NCBI GenBank assembly: GCA_964016885.1 | Contig: OZ024743.1 | Coordinates: 310,000,001-310,064,000, forward strand | Source of the DNA: Eledone cirrhosa | Taxonomy: Eukaryota | Length of the DNA stretch: 64,000 nucleotides | Direction of reading: 5' to 3' | Shown here: one piece after another, positions 55,518-64,000 of the stretch | Numbering within the stretch: position 1 is the stretch's first letter | How the letters are laid out: each line of letters opens with the position of its first letter | Program-made: the position numbers and the translations under genes | Notes under the pieces: model-generated | What the model was told of the DNA's origin: nothing | Seen by the model: only the letters and a program-made list of their open reading frames with translations | Databases searched by the model: none

Positions 55518-55687
55518 TGTTTCTATTTTAGGCACAAGGCCAGTACATTACTAGTACTTTATCGACCCCGTAAGGATGAAAGGCAAAGTTAACCTCGGCG
55601 GGATTTGAACTTAGATAATAAAGGGACGTAACTCTATGCTTCAAAGCATGGTGTCCGACTCTCTACCGATACTGCCAATTCACCGCC
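55518..55687 (-). mobile_element. tRNA-type SINE with Nin/Deu-like central domain, flanked by an 18 bp TSD
   Basis: Minus strand GGCGGTGAATTGGCAG (A-box-like), GTTCAAATCCC (B-box), GCCTTTCATCCTTACGGGGTCGATAAA; TSD cacaccaataataataat at 55500-55517 and 55688-55705. Confidence 0.85.
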
Positions 55688-55711
55688 CACACCAATAATA
55701 ATAATAAAGGG

Positions 55712-56317
55712 AAAATTGAAGAACATTCACACACCCTCAAATTGACTTTATTCGAAGCATTTTTTCCAAAAATCGGAAAACGTCGTCACGCTTCTGAGAT
55801 GGCTGGCACTGGCTTTCGACGGAAAATGTACAGGGTCTATCGACAACTATAACTTAAAATCTAGAGTGTAAATAACCTCAGGGTAAATAACCTGACTCCT
55901 TTCGAAGCAGGTATTTTAGACATAGTAGCTAAATAAACCTTCTGTAAGCCATCTAGCCCCTCCCAAAACAAACTTAGCAGAGACATTAAAGAATGTAGCT
56001 CCACCAATAATACATTCATCCTATCTGAGGAAACCAACAACATTTATGAAGTTGACCAACCTATTTACAACCACTTAACACACAAAACTATAACGGCGAA
56101 GTATGAAGAAAAGGAGACCACTCTGCTTATAACAACATGAACAGTAAAGCCAAATCCCTAGCCTCCATCCTTAACATAGATAGAAAAATAGAACGTCTAG
56201 TAAATCGATAGCCCTTTATCGCTCATAAGGATCACAAATCCGAATGTTCTACTAATCACGCATGCAGACTATTAAACCCAGCACGGACAGAGATAGGAAT
56301 AGTTAGTAAATCTATAC
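55712..56317 (+). mobile_element. Degenerate Penelope-like (Naiad-type) N-terminal/RT fragment
   Basis: LKNIHTP..LRWLALAFD..LTPFEAGIL..ETNNIY..HKDHK..CRLLNPARTEIGIVSK parallels the 60842-60190 ORFs. Confidence 0.75.
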
Positions 56318-56319
56318 AG

Positions 56320-56593
56320 TGACGGATTCAGTGATTCGATTCGTCAAGGATCACATATGGGTTTCGGAGATCATATCGATACCAGCACTAATTTCAGTCT
56401 ATTCCTTATTATCGATCTCAATTTGTCGAAATGATATTTTATGGAATAAAAGTATGAACACACACAAGACGTGTGCATCCCCCACACACTGAGTATACAC
56501 GTATTTCAAATGATGGGTGTTGCTATTACTATTTTCCAAGAAATTGCCCACCGTCTGAGCCATCTTTCCCGAGCAACGTCGGGTAATACTGAT
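56320..56593 (+). mobile_element. Possible Helitron-like 3' end remnant
   Basis: Hairpin CCCGA gcaacg TCGGG (56568-56583) followed 5 nt later by CTGA rather than canonical CTAG/CTRR; 5' boundary unsupported. Confidence 0.3.
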
Positions 56594-57602
56594 AAATAAT
56601 ATTTATAATTTTACATGTTCAACTAGCCAATACTATAATAGCTATACAGACTTTTGTTTTCGTCTGTCACACATGAACGCTATACTGTGTGAAAAACATT
56701 GTATTTATTTTAATTCATTGGATGCAATTATAAGACAAATTAAGAGGAGGGGCTAAATGTTCTTAGACGAACTAGAACAGTGCTAGTTATTTTGTCTTTC
56801 TTCTTGGCATAGTAATGTATTCAATAGAATCAATCATGCAACATTAGTAATACGTAAATATCGAAAGTAGACGATTGATAGATGTGCGTATATGTGTATG
56901 TAAATGTCTCTGCGTGTGCAGATATATAATGCAATTCTTGTTTAACTTTAATTGTACTGTGATCGTGGAGACCTATAATCAAAGGCACACTGTATCCCGC
57001 ACGACCTTTTAAATAAGGTAGAATGGCGTGTGAAGAAACTTTGTTTATTATATCAACCGTGTAGCTTGGAGGTGTCACTTTATTTCGAGAATAAGCAGCT
57101 CACATCGTAAGTATTTTTATCTCATATCATCACAATGAAAGTAGCTCGCTTTACTGAGCAGAACCAAATATTTTACCCCTTTGAAATATCTTAATTTATA
57201 AAAAATACATTCTCATATATTTTATTGGTTTCTAATCTATTTCATCTTAGTTCAAATGAGTAACTACTGACTTGAATATACTAAAATCTATATTGTGATA
57301 ATATTAATGCAGTGCAAATATTCTATCTCTCTCTGAAATCTTATCTGATTCTAAATAAACGTGAGAAGGTTCTTTCATCTATAATGATTAAGGTTTAGCA
57401 CCAGTACGCTATTATTGATTGGAATGTGTGTGTTGTTAGTGACAAAAGACTACAGTATTTTCTATATTCTATATTAGAGTGATAAATAAACGTATTGCTT
57501 CGTTTGGTTTACAGAACGTATTCATAAATGTTCCTTTAATATCGGTGTAACAACAGCAATATTTCTTTTCTCCATATAGGCGCATATATTGGGCAATTAC
57601 TG

Positions 57603-61259
<3,657 letters not shown>

Positions 61260-61399
61260 ATATATTGCTATATTTCTCTAAAACTATGTTTGCTTCGACG
61301 AATTTCTTCCATTCTGATTAAACAAATACAATTTAAACTATGAATCGTCATCACTCTAATACACTGTAATATAAGATTTACAAAAGCAAGATAAAAACT

Positions 61400-61860
61400 C
61401 ATCATCATCATCATCATTGCAACCTCAGGCGAACATTCCGAACAAGTTTTTCTATTGCTCCTGTCATCTCCACTCTACGCAAGTTTGTATGAATCGAGAG
61501 TTGATCGATGAAGATTCGAGCAGGTCTTCCTCTATTCCGTCATCTCCCATGAGTTGGTTCTCACAATAGTAACTTGTGTATAACTTCCTTCTTACTTCTT
61601 CAGCAATTCCCTGCAAATCATAACTGTCTTCGAGCAATTGTAGTTGTTATATTGGTCAAGTTTCCGTATATTCTATCATTTTTAAGACGTCGATGCCAGT
61701 TTATGTTTTTGACAACCCTAAGCATTTTAGTGAATCCAACGCCTATTTACCTATGATAAGTGTGTTGTCAAAAACCTTCAATCTACACGTCTCGATATAC
61801 CAGAAATAACTGTGTTACCTAAATAGGGAATATATATTATCACGTTAACTGAATATCACC
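61400..61860 (-). mobile_element. Degenerate RTE-like LINE 3' end with (GAT)n tail
   Basis: Minus strand FPYLGN.. and RNRGRPARIFIDQL..; ends in (GAT)6. Confidence 0.55.
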
Positions 61861-62589
61861 GTATAAAGAATTCATTTATTTAATAGTTTGAGATTTTATC
61901 TACTTCGATTTATTTATTCTATTTGAGCTGACGTATGTATTAAAGTTTCTGAAAATGTATTATATCAGATCTATTTAATGGTCAACTTTTAAACAATCCA
62001 GAAATAACCATCTTTATAGTATTGATATCTTTATCATGGAAATAATTTGTTATTCGTTTCATGTTTACCAGGATTTTCTTTATACATTTTAATCAATTAT
62101 ATGCAAAAATATTTTATATGGTTGTATTTGTTTGACCAATCTTAACATTCCTATCATATATGTATAGTTTTCATCATCTGCCTTCTTTATAGATACTATG
62201 ATTTGCTATATTGTCGTAAATATCGATCAGTTCTTTATAGAAATACCACATTTGTAAATTACAATTTTATGTGCATTCATTTTTTCATCCTATATAATCC
62301 TATTTCACATAATTTACGATGTACAGCTTCAGCCAAAATAAATGGCTTTGAGTTCCTGACGGGGTCATTAGGGCTTGCGGCAAGGTTAAGATTCTGAGTT
62401 AAAATAAATTTACTTCAGTAACAATTTTGCAAACATCATTAATGCTCTATAAAATAAATTATCTACAAATCAATTTCTGTTGCCATGCAGTAAGTTTTAT
62501 GATTAATGATCGATTCTGGAATCGGAAGCTCCACATATATGTGTTAACATGTAGACTCGCGTCTACGGACGCAATTAATTTGCTCCTTT

Positions 62590-62930
62590 AATACCTATAT
62601 ACATATATAGGCACAATCAAGTTTGTTGTGTTGTTGAAAAGTTCGTTTCGCAACCATGTGATTTCGCATTATAGTTTCAATGTATGTCAACATTGTTCGA
62701 TGCTTTGTGGAATACGGTGACTCTGCGGAAATAGGTCGTATTGGTAATAATGTTCCATCCTTTACTAGAGTTAATGTTCTGTAACGTACCCATTAAAAAC
62801 AAAGAGATTGATGAAAGAAAGTCAATACCAGTCTGAAATATTTGTATCGGTTGGATATTATCAACCAATTCGGGCGTTGCCCAAGCATGGTGACAGTCCT
62901 ATGACTGAAACAAGTAAAATGTAAAAGGGT
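62590..62930 (+). mobile_element. Old degenerate SINE
   Basis: 3' end agcatggtgacagtcctatgactgaaacaagtaaaa resembles a cephalopod SINE tail (recalled, not searched). Confidence 0.45.
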
Positions 62931-64000
62931 AAAATATGATATGGTTATATATCTATAATCTCTGTAACGTTAGCTCTACGATTATTCTTTAGGTATCTAT
63001 AACCATAATTTCAATAACTTTATTTTACTCTGCTCCTGTTGTTTCAATTCTGATACCAATGTATTAATAAATTTCACATAATTGTAAATGTTTGAAATGT
63101 TTCACCTGTAATTGTACTGGCAAACTACTAAAGTTGAATGTCAATAACTAAGCTAATATTTCACTCACGATCAGAGGCAATGCATGGTAAACTCGCTTGA
63201 ATTAAACAGCCAGAAACGCCCCTTCATTCAGATCTGTTAATTTAGTAACTTTATATATTGATTATTCGTTGCGACAGAATTACCAATACATTTCATTAAA
63301 CAAGTTGTATGGTATTATGTTTCGGCATCATTATAATATCCATGCATGTATCTGCATATCCATCTATATTATACTTCTTTATTCATATATTCATAATTGT
63401 GATACATCTGTATCAAACGATCATTTCAGTAATATCGTGGCAGAAATAGACATAATAGGTGAATATTATTCCTTTACTAACTACATTAACACCCTGTTGG
63501 CATACAATATGTAACCATACTGTCTACGTTTCTGGGATCTTATATTCAGTATTAATTCATACAGCATGTTCACGCTTATTCTAACCCAGTTGTGCGAACG
63601 TTGAAAGAAATTATATGCAGATAATATTTCATTAAAACGTTTCTTTTGTCGTTACTCTAACGGTATCTGGCCATCTTAAGAGGTCAATCTGCATATGCCT
63701 TTGACCTTTACTCTCTTGATATCCGTAACTCATTTCCCATCTATATTACTCTTTGTTACCATTATTACTGCACTTTGTACATACATTTCCTCTCAGAAAT
63801 GTAACGTACTGGAACCTACATTCTTGCCTTATTCTTCTTCTGTTTACAAGTTTTCAAACTGAGTAGTTAACATATCAACTCTACCTGTCTCCGGGCATCT
63901 AAATATTATATTGGAACTACCTTTCATCCAATGATTAATTTTCTAATTATTCACATTATAGCCAGGCTCCTTTGTTGTATTGTTGACTTACTAACAAAAT

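Noticed and set aside
61860-64000. Possible host exons in the microsatellite-poor end of the window
   Set aside because: No ORF with recognisable motifs or a convincing splice pattern; small exons cannot be excluded without RNA-seq.

Overview
Eukaryotic (animal), AT- and microsatellite-rich, gene-free 64 kb. The SINE and microsatellite style suggests a cephalopod such as Octopus (inference). No host protein-coding gene is supported. The window is a stack of retroelements: three Tx1/L1-clade LINEs (minus strand, abutting (AAT)n), three R4/Dong-like fragments, a near-intact RTE LINE (46.4-50.6 kb), RTE relics, a short bipartite RTE-derived element (3 copies), one near full-length and several fragmentary Penelope-like elements (PLEs, Naiad-type GIY-YIG), tRNA-type SINEs and a hAT remnant. 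A ~12.45 kb near-identical tandem duplication (~18.2-30.6 / 30.6-43.1 kb) has a chimeric junction inside the RTE-derived element. The most interesting signal is several unrelated short non-coding elements in (TA)n tracts. They have PLE-like fold-back or partial-tandem architecture plus a unique tail, and carry type I hammerhead ribozyme motifs. Two families show the compensatory U3-A8 core and two have ~80-90 nt stem II insertions. All structures and alignments were read by eye; coordinates are approximate to a few bases.
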